Below are positions 1-11,058 of a DNA stretch of 64,000 nucleotides, one piece after another. This stretch comes from Candidatus Binatia bacterium. Its GTDB lineage: Bacteria; Desulfobacterota; Binatia; HRBIN30. The first letter of the stretch is position 1, and every line of letters starts with the position of its first letter. The DNA lies in assembly GCA_038245295.1 (NCBI GenBank), contig JBBRSP010000029.1, forward strand, positions 14,972-78,971, in the 5' to 3' direction. The position numbers and the translations under genes are program-made. Below the pieces are notes generated by a model. The model was given only the letters and a program-made list of their open reading frames with translations, had not been told where the DNA came from and searched no databases.

Positions 1-208
1 CCCTTCTCGGCTTCTTCGATGATCGAATCAATCGTTGCATGACAGCGAGGAAGCTCGCCAGCGTAAGCAGCAACATGAGCCATGGGGTGGTGCCTAGATA
101 TCGATCCGCGTAGTAGCCCACTTCGAGGGCGGCCACGATGCTACCGGCAAGCCCGAATCCAAGTGTGATGTAGCGGGCGCCGGCAATGACAGAGTCCTTT
201 CTCAGCAC
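1..208 (-). CDS. AtpZ/AtpI-family (ATPase gene 1-like) small membrane protein, runs off the window edge
   Basis: Not in the ORF track. Manual translation from GTG at 208: MLRKDSVIAGARYITLGFGLAGSIVAALEVGYYADRYLGTTPWLMLLLTLASFLAVMQRL. Two TM helices flank the G-Y-x-x-D-R-x-L-G-T-x-P-W motif typical of AtpZ/AtpI. Confidence 0.7.
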   Translation of the reverse strand, partial: MLRKDSVIAGARYITLGFGLAGSIVAALEVGYYADRYLGTTPWLMLLLTLASFLAVMQRLIRSSKKPRR

Positions 209-229
209 AATTTCGCTCGTGCGTTCTCA

Positions 230-352
230 TCACGGCTGGTCGTGATGATCGGCCAGGGTCGCGTGCCTCGTGTGCTCCAAGATACTCTTGGCCGCTTGCA
301 CTGCTTCCGCGGTACCGTGTGCGATCACCAGGAACGTTTCTGACTTGAGGGC
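230..352 (-). pseudogene. C-terminal remnant of a general stress protein paralog
   Basis: ALKSETFLVIAHGTAEAV resembles QIKAGKFLVIAHGPTDKV at the C-terminus of 17617..18204. No homologous N-terminus upstream. Confidence 0.55.
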
Positions 353-444
353 CGGGTCGCCGGACTCAGCCGTCGGGTAAATCACGCGCGGCCGCGGGAC
401 ACATGCGATTATATGACTAGACGGCTTGCATTCGGGAACTATTC

Positions 445-1248
445 TCATGGTGCGGTTGTCTTCCAGAGTGGATGTGCGCTGGCTTGCGGTAGCGTCTGTG
501 GGTCGAACAGATCATCAGGGATCGTGACGTCGTACTGCACCGCGCTCACCCGAATCTCGGTGCTCGTCCGCTGTAGAACGTCCTCCATGCGAATTTGCAG
601 TACGGTGGGAGTCCCATCGATGACGGTGGCATCTTGGAAGACTTCCTTCTTCCATAGTTGGTTCGCGGCGTCGTAGTAGTCGCGGCTCAGCGGCAGCAGG
701 GTGTCTTTCGCCACCCAGCTGACGACCCGGGAGTAGTAGTAGTGCGGAGCCGCGAAGGTCTCTTCGATCTTGTACGCCGGCTTCCCCGCCATTGTTTCCT
801 CCCCGAGGAGGCGGACCTTCCGATCCCGCAGATTGACGAAGCCGAGGTCGGCAAGCGTAAAGTCCGAGTTAAGGAACGACTCGTAGGCAGAGGCAGGCGT
901 GATCTTGCGGGTCCGGTGTATCGCGGGCAGATACACCCATTGTTCCTCGGAAAGGTCCTTCCGTTCTCGGATCAACTGCCCCACTCCCTTCACGTCGTCG
1001 GGCGCGAGGATCACCGTAAGGATACCGTTCCCGTCGGCCAGGTGCTTACGCGCCTGGTGCACCGTCCATTCGGCAGTGAAGCCGTCTGTCGCGTGTACCG
1101 CGACGACCATCGTGCGAGTGCTTGGCCGTTCGGGCTCAAGGGCTCGCTTCATGCCTTGAACGATGTTTATGGCCGTCAGAGGGCTTGCCGTCGCGGGCCC
1201 AGCAACCAGAAGAACGGACGCGAGTGCGGTGTACAAATGGAAGCGCAT
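445..1248 (-). CDS. Outer-membrane lipoprotein-sorting (LolA-like) protein
   Basis: ATG at 1248 with GAGAGG RBS. Signal peptide MRFHLYTALASVLLVAGPATA; motifs QWVYLPAIHRTRKI, FLNSDFTLADL, YSRVVSWV, IPDDLF. Confidence 0.75.
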   Translation of the reverse strand: MRFHLYTALASVLLVAGPATASPLTAINIVQGMKRALEPERPSTRTMVVAVHATDGFTAEWTVHQARKHLADGNGILTVILAPDDVKGVGQLIRERKDLSEEQWVYLPAIHRTRKITPASAYESFLNSDFTLADLGFVNLRDRKVRLLGEETMAGKPAYKIEETFAAPHYYYSRVVSWVAKDTLLPLSRDYYDAANQLWKKEVFQDATVIDGTPTVLQIRMEDVLQRTSTEIRVSAVQYDVTIPDDLFDPQTLPQASAHPLWKTTAP

Positions 1249-1432
1249 GAAACCTCTCTTTCGGGTGATCCCAGGTTGGAACATACCGGGCCAAAGCACG
1301 CATCGAATTGTTGCGAGATCGAGTTGCCTGGCAGCGGGTGCACCCACCAGAGTAAAGGTGCTGGTTCATTGCCTTTGATGTTGTAGAGCAGGTCAGGGCG
1401 CACGGTAATCTCGCACAACTACGTGCGTAGCT

Positions 1433-2761
1433 TTACGTGGCAGTGAGAGCCTGAGAGTTGCTGGCGTCCAGCCAGCCGCCGGTAAACCCGGCACGCCGCA
1501 GTCCCGCAACCAAGTAAGGACACTGCCTGAACAGCTCCCAGACCAACCCCGAACGGTAGTTCTCAATCATGACGACGATAGGTCCCTGATTGATTCCGCA
1601 GTGCCACGGAGAGACCCAACCGTTCCGACTCCCCGGCTGGCCTGCGAACGTCGGGTTGAAGGTGGCTTTGAAGCCGTACGCCCCGGTCTCGCGCAGGCGC
1701 AGCCGGTTGAAGTGATCGATGGTTGGTAGGACGATCTCCGGCGCAAAGGGTAGCGACGCCACCACGGCCCAAGGGGCGAGCGTGCCATCGTCGGGGCCAT
1801 AGGGTACCCCGCGCCCCACGTAACCGTAGAAGCGTCGTTCGATGCCATCGATCCTGCGGGTCATCTCACCAGGGCCATCGCTGGCCGTGATTCCCCAGCA
1901 GTGCTCGCCGTAGCGCGCAAACTGTTCTGGATTGCGGATCGCGTATTGCTGTTGGATGTATGTCGCGCGACGACTGTTTTCGAAGTAGTCAATCCCTCGG
2001 TGGCGCATGAAGCCGTCCTGAATGCCGCGAAAGTCGATCCACAGGTGCGACAGTTGGTGCGTAAAGAGTGGACCGGCATAGAGAAACTCGGTGCCGTAGA
2101 TCTCCTTCCACTGATAGCTCGAAGCCCACGCGGTGTAGCTGTCAGCCGGCAGCGGGTGGCTGGGAGAACCAAGCCCGAGCAAGTATAGAATCAGCGCCTC
2201 GTCGTAGCCCTCCCACCGATAACGAAGGAATCCGCTCTCCGGCTTCCACCCGTGCGTCACCGTGCTCCCGCCGTTCTGCGCCCACTGCCAGTCGACCCGA
2301 GTATAGAGGGTCTCGGCAAGCGCGCGGATTTCGCGCTCGTCCGGGGTGTCGCGACCAAAGTACATGCCACAGGTCAACGCGCCAGCGAGCAACAGCGCCG
2401 TATCCACCGTCGAGAGCTCACATTTCCAGGCCCGTTCGCCGCTCTTCATGTCGAGAAAGTGGTAGTAAAAGCCCTTGTAGCCCGTTGCGTTGGGCTCGGG
2501 TCCCTGGGCACTTCGCGCGAAGAACCGGAGCGTCGCCAGGGTTGTTCCCACGGCGGCCGCGCGGGCTACCAGAGCGCGCTCGACGGCGATCGGGTAGGCG
2601 GCCAGTGCCAATCCGACAGCGGCGATGCTTGCGGGCCAGTCTGGGCACGTCTTGTCGACCACCAACCCGTTGATGGGGTTGGTCTCATGGAGAAAGTAAG
2701 CGAACGTGTCGCGTTGAAGCGCTTCCAGCATTTGGACGTTACGCCCGGTAGACGATCTCAT
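1433..2761 (-). CDS. Glucoamylase-family / GH144-like (endo-beta-1,2-glucanase-like) protein, copy 1, no signal peptide
   Basis: Motifs SIAAVG, GFYYHFLD, ELSTVDT, WEGYDEAL, GPLFTHQLSH, WGITASDGP, DDGT, GINQG, IENYRSG. Start overlaps the upstream stop (TGATG). Confidence 0.85.
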   Translation of the reverse strand: MRSSTGRNVQMLEALQRDTFAYFLHETNPINGLVVDKTCPDWPASIAAVGLALAAYPIAVERALVARAAAVGTTLATLRFFARSAQGPEPNATGYKGFYYHFLDMKSGERAWKCELSTVDTALLLAGALTCGMYFGRDTPDEREIRALAETLYTRVDWQWAQNGGSTVTHGWKPESGFLRYRWEGYDEALILYLLGLGSPSHPLPADSYTAWASSYQWKEIYGTEFLYAGPLFTHQLSHLWIDFRGIQDGFMRHRGIDYFENSRRATYIQQQYAIRNPEQFARYGEHCWGITASDGPGEMTRRIDGIERRFYGYVGRGVPYGPDDGTLAPWAVVASLPFAPEIVLPTIDHFNRLRLRETGAYGFKATFNPTFAGQPGSRNGWVSPWHCGINQGPIVVMIENYRSGLVWELFRQCPYLVAGLRRAGFTGGWLDASNSQALTAT

Positions 2762-4365
2762 CAGGCTTTGCCGGTGCTCTCCGGGGAGCCGCGCTCCGCG
2801 GGAGTCTTCTCCTCCCCGCCCGATTCGAGCCGCAACAGGCGGGCGTCAATGTCGGCGAGCAACTTTTCGTGGACCTCCTGGCTGAGAACACCCTGGCGGA
2901 AGGAATCGCCGACGTGGTTCTTCTCCGTCAGCAGCAGATGGCGGCGTGCCCACTGTGACTCCTGGGCTGCAATCGCCGCGCGGTCGAGCTCCAACGCGCC
3001 GATCCGGCTTTGCTCCGCCTCAATCCGCGTGTTGTATTCCGTCTCGAGCTGCGCGCGCACGTCGCCATGGGAGAACTGCACGTGCGACATGCGCTGCAAT
3101 TCTTCGAGCGCCGCGCTGGCGGCTTGTACTTTGCCGCGGGCGAATTCGTACGCGTCCCGGTTTTCGCGCCCTTTGACGATGCCCAGCCAGCGCAGCAAGG
3201 GCGGGATGGTCATGCCGTGCACCAGGATCGAGATCATCACGACGCCGAAGGTCATCGTTACCAACAACTCGCGATGCGGAACGTCCTTCGCCAGACTGAG
3301 CACCAGCACCATCGGCAAGCCGCCGCGCAGTCCGCCCCAGGTCAGCACGACGGCCCACGGCCACGGAATCCTCTCGCGGGTCAGGCGCAGCACTCCGGAG
3401 ACCGTGAAGATCACCAGCCCTCGGCTCGCCGTCACGATCAGGTAGGCGACCAGAATCGCCTTCCACGACGCGAACATGGCACCGAGATGGACCTCGAGGC
3501 CGATCAGCAGGAAGACAATCGAGTTCAAGGCGAAGGCCACGTATTCCCAAAAAGTTTCTACGGCGACCCGCGTCGACGGCGTCATGCCGGTGCGGGCGCC
3601 GTAATTGCCGCAGACCACGCCGGCCACGACGACCGCAATCACCCCAGAAGCGCCAACGTCCTCCGCCGTCACAAAGGAACCGTACGCCGCGAGCGTCGTC
3701 AGCGTGATCTCGATCATCGCATCATCAATCTGTTTGATGACCTGCGACGCCCCCATCCCGACCGCGGCGCCGATCAGCCCGCCGATGCCGACGATGCGGA
3801 GGAAGTCCGTGGCCAGTTGTCTCGTCGTGACGCCGCCGCCGGTCATGAGCGACAGACTCAGCGTGAAGAATACAATCGCCGTGCCGTCGTTGAGCAGGCT
3901 CTCGCCGTCCAACAAGACCGACAACCGCCGCGGCGCACCGAGACTGCGAAACACCGCCACCACGGCGATCGGATCGGTCGCCGCGATCAACGCCCCGAAC
4001 ACCAACGCATACGGCCAAGTGAAATCCTGCTCCAGTTGCAGCGTATTCACGACGGGTGTCAGGATGACGGTCGTCAACGCCACCGCCGCCGCCACGCCCG
4101 GCACGGCGAGCGCCGCGATGGCCAGGCGGTTGCGCCAGAATTCGTGGAACTCAATGTGAAACGCGGCCTCAAACAACAAGCCCGGCAGGAAAACTGAAAA
4201 GAGCAATTCCTTGGTCAGATGGGGTGGCGTGAACAGGTTCAGGATACCGAGCGCCAACCCGGTGAGCACCAGCGCCACCGTGTACGGCACATGCAATTGC
4301 CGCACGGCAATCGCCACCGCCACGGCGACCGACAACAACAAAATCAATATCGTCTCAGGCTGCAC
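2761..4365 (-). CDS. CPA1-family Na+/H+ antiporter
   Basis: Many TM helices; FLPGLLFEAA, ATDPIAV, GESLLNDG, WGGLRG. Confidence 0.92.
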   Translation of the reverse strand: MQPETILILLLSVAVAVAIAVRQLHVPYTVALVLTGLALGILNLFTPPHLTKELLFSVFLPGLLFEAAFHIEFHEFWRNRLAIAALAVPGVAAAVALTTVILTPVVNTLQLEQDFTWPYALVFGALIAATDPIAVVAVFRSLGAPRRLSVLLDGESLLNDGTAIVFFTLSLSLMTGGGVTTRQLATDFLRIVGIGGLIGAAVGMGASQVIKQIDDAMIEITLTTLAAYGSFVTAEDVGASGVIAVVVAGVVCGNYGARTGMTPSTRVAVETFWEYVAFALNSIVFLLIGLEVHLGAMFASWKAILVAYLIVTASRGLVIFTVSGVLRLTRERIPWPWAVVLTWGGLRGGLPMVLVLSLAKDVPHRELLVTMTFGVVMISILVHGMTIPPLLRWLGIVKGRENRDAYEFARGKVQAASAALEELQRMSHVQFSHGDVRAQLETEYNTRIEAEQSRIGALELDRAAIAAQESQWARRHLLLTEKNHVGDSFRQGVLSQEVHEKLLADIDARLLRLESGGEEKTPAERGSPESTGKA

Positions 4366-4418
4366 AATCTGTCACCGCGGCAACCCCGCCTCCCAAGGGA
4401 ACGCATGTGACCATCGAT

Positions 4419-5423
4419 TCACCCCTTGCGCCACAGCACGATCATACCGACCAATGTCGCCAATAGGGCCGCCCACAGCACGATGGCGATACGCGTGGCT
4501 TTCACGGCCCGATCTTTCTCCCACCAGACCGCCGGGCGAATGCCCTGCACCAGAAACGTCACCACGCCGGCTAGGTTGATGCAGATCAGGTTCATCAGAA
4601 ACAGCGACAACGAACCCACGGCTAACGTGGGATGCCCACCGCCCAACAGCAGGCCCGACGCTACCAGCGGCGGCAACAGCGCCACGGCCACCATCACACC
4701 GATCAATGTCGTCGACACGCCCGTGGTGAACGCCAGCGCGCCCGCGCAACCGGACGCCAATGCCACGGCGATGTCGCCTAGCCCCACCGCGTTGCGCGAC
4801 GCCATTTCGGGTGACGTAGGGTTCACCTGCACCAGCATCCCAATGATGACCGACAACACCATCGTCGTCGCAATTCCCGCCAGTGCCGTCAGAAACGCGC
4901 GACGCAGCAGCGACAAGTCACCCAAGGTGGTGGCGAGCGACAGCGCCACGTTCGGGCCGAGCAACGGCGCAATCACCATCGCCCCGATGATAATCGCCAC
5001 GCTGTTGTAATACAGACCGACAGCCGCCACGATGGTCGACAACAGCACCATCGCCAGATAGACCCGTGAGCACCGCGCGGCATCTTTGATGTCCTCGTAC
5101 AACTCCTCTCGGCCGATCCGCTCCGGCGTTTTTTCCTGCGGCGTCGGTTGTCCGGGCTCGGCGGCCGGCTCCGGCGCGGCGCGCGGCAACGTCGCTTCGA
5201 CAGGCAAAATCACTACACGGTTGCCCTCCACGGCGGTGAACCGCGGCTTCAACAAATCCAGTACCCCCTCGCTCTGTTCCGCATCCAACAAGATCCGCAC
5301 CAGCACTTCCGCGTCCGGTAATCGGACCTGCCGGTGTTCGAGCACCTTGTGCTCCTTGAGAAGCTCACGGACTTCCGTGCCGTCCTTCTCCGGCAGCACC
5401 ATCTCAATTAAGCGCAGAGCCAT
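4419..5423 (-). CDS. DUF389 / TIGR00341-family membrane protein
   Basis: AIIIGAMVIAPLLGP, IGVMVAVALLPP, NLICINLA; soluble N-terminal domain. Confidence 0.88.
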   Translation of the reverse strand: MALRLIEMVLPEKDGTEVRELLKEHKVLEHRQVRLPDAEVLVRILLDAEQSEGVLDLLKPRFTAVEGNRVVILPVEATLPRAAPEPAAEPGQPTPQEKTPERIGREELYEDIKDAARCSRVYLAMVLLSTIVAAVGLYYNSVAIIIGAMVIAPLLGPNVALSLATTLGDLSLLRRAFLTALAGIATTMVLSVIIGMLVQVNPTSPEMASRNAVGLGDIAVALASGCAGALAFTTGVSTTLIGVMVAVALLPPLVASGLLLGGGHPTLAVGSLSLFLMNLICINLAGVVTFLVQGIRPAVWWEKDRAVKATRIAIVLWAALLATLVGMIVLWRKG

Positions 5424-5430
5424 CGTGGCG

Positions 5431-7812
5431 TCATACTTTCCATTTCCAGTTGCGGATTTCCGGCAAGTCCTGGCCTTGTTTAGCGATGTAGTACTTGTGC
5501 TCGATCAGCTTGTCCTTGAGTTGTTGCTTCAGGTACCTCCCCTTGTCGCCGGTCTGCGGCAAGCGGTCGATGGTGTCCATCACCAGATGGAAGCGGTCGA
5601 GATCGTTCAGCACCGTCATGTCGAAGGGCGTGGTGATGGTGCCCTCTTCCTTATAACCGCGGACGTGGATGTTGTCGTGGTTGGTGCGGCGGTAGGTCAA
5701 CCGGTGGATCAACCACGGGTAGCCGTGGAAGGCGAAGATGACCGGCTTGTCCTTGGTGAAGAGCTCGTCGAAATCCACATCGCTCAACCCATGCGGGTGC
5801 TCGGTGTGCGGCTGAAGCTTCATGAGGTCGACGACATTGACAACCCGGATTTTCAAATCCGGAAGATGCTCGCGCAAAATGGAGACGGCCGCCAGCGTCT
5901 CCAGCGTCGGCACGTCGCCACAACATGCCATCACCACGTCGGGCGCAACGGCCTGGTCGTTGCTGGCCCACTGCCAGATGCCGACGCCCTCGGTGCAGTG
6001 CTTGACGGCCGCATCCATCGTCAGCCACTGCGGCGCCGGGTGTTTGCCCGCGATCACAACGTTGACGTAGTGACGACTGCGCAGACAGTGGTCGATCACC
6101 GACAGTAGACAGTTGGCATCCGGCGGCAGGTACACCCGCACGACCGAGGCCTTCTTCTTCACGACGTGGTCAATGAAGCCGGGGTCCTGGTGGGTAAACC
6201 CGTTGTGATCCTGGCGCCAGACATGCGAGGCCAGGAGATAGTTCAGCGACGCGATCTTGCGCCGCCACGGCAGGTGCGAGGTGACCTTCAGCCACTTGGC
6301 GTGCTGGTTGAACATCGAGTCGATGATGTGAATGAATGCCTCGTAGCAGTTGAAGAGTCCGTGACGACCGGTGAGGAGATACCCTTCCAGCCAGCCCTCG
6401 CACTGATGCTCACTGAGCATTTCTATCACCCGCCCGGCTGGGGCGAGGAATTCATCGTTCGGCACGGTCGCCGCGTCCCATTGGCGTTGGGTCACTTCAA
6501 AGAGGGCCTCCAGACCGTTGGAAAGTGTCTCGTCGGGGCCAAAGACCCGGAAATTCCGTTGCTCACTGTTCAGCTTCGCTACGTCGCGCAGGAAGGGTCC
6601 GAGCACGTGTGTATCGCCGATGCCGCGCGTCCCCGGTGCGGGCACGTCGGCGGCGTAGTCGCGGAAGTCCGGCATCCGCAGGTCGCGGAGGAGCATGCCG
6701 CCGTTGGCGTGGGGGTTCGCGCCCATGCGTCGTTCACCCGTGGGCGCCAGGGCGGCGAGCTCCGGTTGCAGGCGCCCCTGGTCATCGAAGAGCTCATCGG
6801 GCCGGTAGCTCCGCAGCCAGTCCTCCAGCAGCCCGAGGTGTTCGGGATGGGTGTTCGGGTGGAGCGGCACCTGGTGCGCGCGGAAGGTGCCTTCGATCTG
6901 CAGGCCATCGACTACCTTGGGCCCCGTCCAGCCTTTGGGCGACTTGAGGACGATCATGGGCCAGCGCGGTCGCGTGGTATCGCGGTTGGTGCGCGCATTG
7001 TCCTGGATGCGCCGGATCTCCTCGATGGTCCTGTCCAAGGTAGCAGCCATGAGCTGGTGCATCTCCATCGGATTGTCGCCCTCGACGAAATACGGTGTCC
7101 ATCCGCAGCCGCGCAGAAATTGCTCCAGTTCCTCCGGCTCGATGCGCGCGAGGACAGTCGGATTGCTGATCTTGTAGCCGTTGAGGTGCAGGATCGGCAG
7201 CACCGCGCCGTCGGTTGCGGGATCGAGGAACTTGTTCGAATGCCACGCGGTGGCCAGTGGGCCCGTCTCCGCTTCGCCGTCGCCGACGACGCAGGCGACG
7301 ACGAGATTCGGATTGTCGAACACCGCCCCGAACGAATGGCTGAGCGAATAGCCCAGCTCACCGCCCTCATGGATCGAGCCGGGTGTCTCCGGCGAGGCGT
7401 GGCTGGGAATTCCGCCGGGAAACGAAAACTGAAGAAAGAGCTTCTGCAGCCCGGCCTCATCCTGGCTGATGTCGGGATAGACCTCGCTGTACGTGCCCTC
7501 GAGGTACGTGTTGCCGACGACCGCCGGGCCGCCGTGCCCGGGGCCGGAGATGTAAATCATGTCGAGGTCGTATTTCTTGATGACCCGGTTCAAGTGCACG
7601 TAAATGAAGTTCTGCCCGGGGGTCGTACCCCAGTGTCCCAGCAGCATGTGCTTCACATCCGTGAGCGCCAGCGGCCGCTTCAGGAGCGGATTGTCGTAGA
7701 GATAGATCTGGCCGACCGATAGATAATTGGCGGCGCGCCAATAGGCATCCATCTTGTGGAGCAGCTCCGGGGCAAGACTCTGTGGTGTTGTTTCTATGGC
7801 TGTTGAATTCAT
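5431..7812 (-). CDS. xfp: Phosphoketolase (XFP family)
   Basis: [56 protein letters not shown]; 793 aa. Confidence 0.96.
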   Translation of the reverse strand: MNSTAIETTPQSLAPELLHKMDAYWRAANYLSVGQIYLYDNPLLKRPLALTDVKHMLLGHWGTTPGQNFIYVHLNRVIKKYDLDMIYISGPGHGGPAVVGNTYLEGTYSEVYPDISQDEAGLQKLFLQFSFPGGIPSHASPETPGSIHEGGELGYSLSHSFGAVFDNPNLVVACVVGDGEAETGPLATAWHSNKFLDPATDGAVLPILHLNGYKISNPTVLARIEPEELEQFLRGCGWTPYFVEGDNPMEMHQLMAATLDRTIEEIRRIQDNARTNRDTTRPRWPMIVLKSPKGWTGPKVVDGLQIEGTFRAHQVPLHPNTHPEHLGLLEDWLRSYRPDELFDDQGRLQPELAALAPTGERRMGANPHANGGMLLRDLRMPDFRDYAADVPAPGTRGIGDTHVLGPFLRDVAKLNSEQRNFRVFGPDETLSNGLEALFEVTQRQWDAATVPNDEFLAPAGRVIEMLSEHQCEGWLEGYLLTGRHGLFNCYEAFIHIIDSMFNQHAKWLKVTSHLPWRRKIASLNYLLASHVWRQDHNGFTHQDPGFIDHVVKKKASVVRVYLPPDANCLLSVIDHCLRSRHYVNVVIAGKHPAPQWLTMDAAVKHCTEGVGIWQWASNDQAVAPDVVMACCGDVPTLETLAAVSILREHLPDLKIRVVNVVDLMKLQPHTEHPHGLSDVDFDELFTKDKPVIFAFHGYPWLIHRLTYRRTNHDNIHVRGYKEEGTITTPFDMTVLNDLDRFHLVMDTIDRLPQTGDKGRYLKQQLKDKLIEHKYYIAKQGQDLPEIRNWKWKV

Positions 7813-7874
7813 TCATAGCCTCTTCATGTTAGCTTCAGTGTTCGCTCCTAAGGGCATTGCACTGACGTTGCGAT

Positions 7875-10800
7875 TCACGTCTCCGACGCCGGCAGATGCC
7901 AGCCGCGCCAGATGAAGTAGATAGCTGGATACACCAGCAGCTCCATGAGAAACGACGTGAGCACACCGCCGACCATCGGCACGGCAATACGCTTCATCAC
8001 GTCGGCACCCGTGCCGTGGCTCCACATGATCGGCAGCAAGCCGGCGAGAATCACTGACACAGTCATTGCCTTCGGCCGTACGCGCTGCACGGCGCCGTGG
8101 TAGATGGCCTCGCGCAGATCGCCGAGCGTGCGCATGGCGCCTTTGCGCTGCCACTCCTCATACGCGACATTGAGATACAAGAGCATGACGACCCCGGTTT
8201 CGGCGTCGAGACCGGCCAGGGCGATGATTCCCACCCACACCGCGATGCTCATGTTGTAGTCGAGGAACCAGATCAGCCAGATCGCCCCGACCAGACTGAA
8301 CGGCACAGCGAGCATGACGATGAACGTCTCGAGCAGGCTGCGCGTGTTGATGTAGATAATGAGGATGATGATCAGGATGGTGATCGGCACCACCACCAGC
8401 ATACGCTGCTGGGCCCGCAGCATATACTCGTACTGGCCGGACCAGACGAGGTTGTAGCCGGTCGGCACGGCGATCTCGCCCTTGGTGATGGCCTCCGCCA
8501 CCGCGTGCTGCGCGCGCTCGACATACGTGCCGACATCGATGTTGCGAATGTCGACATAAACCCAGGTGTTCGGCCGGCTGTTTTCGGTCTTGATGCTCGG
8601 CGGTCCCTTGGCGATCTCCAGAGTCGCGAGTTGGGCAAGCGGAATGTGCTGGCCCATCGGCGTGGGCACCACAATCGCCCGGAGCTCGTCGAGGTTGTCG
8701 CGCAGTTCGCGCGGGTAGCGCAGGTTGATTGGGTAACGTTCGAGGCCCTCGACGGTAGTCGACACGTTCATCCCGCCGATGGCGCTGCTGATGACGTCCT
8801 GCACGTCGCCGACGGTCAGGCCGTAGCGGGCAATCTCGTCGCGGTCGATGGTGAAGTTGACGTAGTTGCCGCCGACGACACGCTCGGCGTACACGCTGAG
8901 CGTGTCGGGTACGCGCCGTACCACTGCCTCGACCTGCTCGCCGATGCGCTGCAAGGTCGGCAGGTCGGGTCCGGAGATCTTGATGCCGACGGGCGTTTTG
9001 ATGCCGGTGGACAGCATGTCGATGCGTGTCTTGATCGGCATCGTCCACGCGTTGGTCACGCCGGGGAACGGGATGGCGGCGTTCATGACGTCGACCAGCT
9101 CGTCGGGGGTACGCCGACGGTGCGCCAGTACCGTGCCGTTCATGTCGGTGATGTCAACCACCGGCCACTCCTCCTCCGGTTTCAGCATCACCGTGGTCTC
9201 CACCATGCTCAGCGGCGCCGGGTCCGTCGCCGTTTCGGCACGGCCGATCTTGCCGAAGACGTGATGCACCTCGGGGAAGCGCTTGATGATGCGATCGGTC
9301 TGCTGCAGCAACTCGCGCGCCTTGGTAATCGAGATACCCGGCAAGGTCGTCGGCATGTAGAGCAGGTCGCCTTCGTACAGCGGCGGCATGAACTCCGAGC
9401 CGAGGCGACTGTACGGCCACCAGGTGACGACCACCGCGAACACCGCGCCGGCGATGATGACCCAGCATCGCGTCTTGTGACGCAAGATGAACTCGACCAC
9501 CGGATGGTAAACCGCGATGAGGAAGCGGTTCAGCGGATTGCGCTCTTCGGGTAGGATCCGGCCGCGAATGAGGTAGCCCATCAGCACCGGCGCCAGCGTG
9601 ATCGAGAGGAACGCCGCCGCCGCCATGGAATACGTCTTCGTGAATGCCAGCGGCTTGAACAGTCGTCCTTCCTGCGCCTCGAGGGTGAACACGGGGATGA
9701 AGCTCACAGTGATGACGAGCAGCGAGTAGAAGAGCGTCGGACCGACCTCGATCGACGCTTCGCGAATGATCTGCCAGTGCGGCTTGCTGTCCTTGTCGCG
9801 CTCGATGTGCTTGTGCACATTCTCGATCATGATGATGACCGCATCGACCATGGCGCCGACGGCGATGGCGATGCCGCCCAGGCTCATGATGTTGGCGCCG
9901 ATGCCCTGCAGATACATCACGCTAAATGCCAGCAGCACCGCCATCGGTAAGGTCAGGATCGCCACCAGCGCGCTGCGGAAGTGGAAAAGGAAGGCGACAC
10001 AGACGATCGCCACCGCGAGCGACTCCTCTAGGAGCTTGCCGCGCAGCGTAGAGATGGACCGCTCGATCAGCGTCGAGCGATCATAGGCGACGCGGATCTC
10101 GACGCCCTCCGGCAGTCCGCGCTTCAGCTCGGCGAGCTTGGCCTTGACCCGGTTGATCACGTCGAGCGCGTTGGCGCCCGAGCGCACGACGACGATCCCG
10201 GCGACGATTTCGCCCTCGCCGTTCCAGTCGGCCAGGCCGCGGCGCATATCAGGTCCGATGATAACCGTACCGAGATCGGAGATCAGGATAGGCGTGCCGT
10301 CGGGTCGCGCGCCGACCGCCGCCTTCGCCAGCTCACTCGGGTCCGTGACATACCCCTTGGCGCGCAGGATGTACTCGGTCTCCGACATTTCCATCACGCG
10401 GCCGCCGACCTCGTTGTTGGAGCGCTGGATCACTTGCCGAACCTTGCTGAGTGGGATGTCGTAGGCGCGCAGCTTCTCGGGATCGACGGTCACCTGGTAC
10501 TGCTTGACGTACCCGCCGATGCTGGCCACCTCGGAGACGCCGTTGATGCCGGTCAGCTCGTACTTGAGATACCAATCCTGAATGCTGCGCAGCTGCTGCA
10601 GGTCGTGGGTCTTGCTGGTGAGCGCATAGATGAACGCCCAGCCGACGCCGGTGGCATCGGGTCCGAGCGACGGGGTCACGGCGCGTGGGAGTTGGCCTTG
10701 CAGCTGGCTCAGGTACTCGAGCACGCGGCTGCGCGCCCAGTAGAGATCGGTGCCATCTTCGAAGATCACATAGACGAAGGAGAAGTTGAAGAAGCTGTAG

Positions 10801-11051
10801 CCACGCACCACCTTGGCGAACGGCACCGAGAGCATCTTGGTGGTGATCGGATACGTGACCTGGTCCTCGACGATGCGCGGTGCCTGCCCGGGGTACTCGG
10901 TGAAGATGATCACCTGCACGTCAGAGAGATCGGGAATGGCGTCGAGCGGCGTGTGCGTAACCGCGTAGTAGCCGCCGAGAGCAATGCCCAAGGCCATGAG
11001 CAGCGCGAAGAACTTATTGTCGAGCGAGAATTCGATGACGCGCTGGATCAT
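7875..11051 (-). CDS. cusA: CusA/SilA heavy-metal RND efflux pump
   Basis: LDAIPDLSDVQVI, GPDATGVGW, GAMVDA; Met-triad contexts LYMPTT, PLSMVET, WTMPIK. Confidence 0.95.
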   Translation of the reverse strand: MIQRVIEFSLDNKFFALLMALGIALGGYYAVTHTPLDAIPDLSDVQVIIFTEYPGQAPRIVEDQVTYPITTKMLSVPFAKVVRGYSFFNFSFVYVIFEDGTDLYWARSRVLEYLSQLQGQLPRAVTPSLGPDATGVGWAFIYALTSKTHDLQQLRSIQDWYLKYELTGINGVSEVASIGGYVKQYQVTVDPEKLRAYDIPLSKVRQVIQRSNNEVGGRVMEMSETEYILRAKGYVTDPSELAKAAVGARPDGTPILISDLGTVIIGPDMRRGLADWNGEGEIVAGIVVVRSGANALDVINRVKAKLAELKRGLPEGVEIRVAYDRSTLIERSISTLRGKLLEESLAVAIVCVAFLFHFRSALVAILTLPMAVLLAFSVMYLQGIGANIMSLGGIAIAVGAMVDAVIIMIENVHKHIERDKDSKPHWQIIREASIEVGPTLFYSLLVITVSFIPVFTLEAQEGRLFKPLAFTKTYSMAAAAFLSITLAPVLMGYLIRGRILPEERNPLNRFLIAVYHPVVEFILRHKTRCWVIIAGAVFAVVVTWWPYSRLGSEFMPPLYEGDLLYMPTTLPGISITKARELLQQTDRIIKRFPEVHHVFGKIGRAETATDPAPLSMVETTVMLKPEEEWPVVDITDMNGTVLAHRRRTPDELVDVMNAAIPFPGVTNAWTMPIKTRIDMLSTGIKTPVGIKISGPDLPTLQRIGEQVEAVVRRVPDTLSVYAERVVGGNYVNFTIDRDEIARYGLTVGDVQDVISSAIGGMNVSTTVEGLERYPINLRYPRELRDNLDELRAIVVPTPMGQHIPLAQLATLEIAKGPPSIKTENSRPNTWVYVDIRNIDVGTYVERAQHAVAEAITKGEIAVPTGYNLVWSGQYEYMLRAQQRMLVVVPITILIIILIIYINTRSLLETFIVMLAVPFSLVGAIWLIWFLDYNMSIAVWVGIIALAGLDAETGVVMLLYLNVAYEEWQRKGAMRTLGDLREAIYHGAVQRVRPKAMTVSVILAGLLPIMWSHGTGADVMKRIAVPMVGGVLTSFLMELLVYPAIYFIWRGWHLPASET

Positions 11052-11058
11052 GGCAGGC

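Noticed and set aside
1250..1432. Short ORFs 1136..1369 and 1176..1418
   Set aside because: Overlap the LolA-like gene; no recognisable motif or RBS.
4406..4423. TGTGA-N8-TCACC
   Set aside because: Spacer is 8 rather than 6 and it overlaps a stop codon.
6166..9554. Long antisense ORFs (6166..7722, 8097..9554; likewise 24626..25945, 45524..46726, 56484..57947)
   Set aside because: Shadow frames opposite well-supported genes in GC-rich DNA; no motifs.
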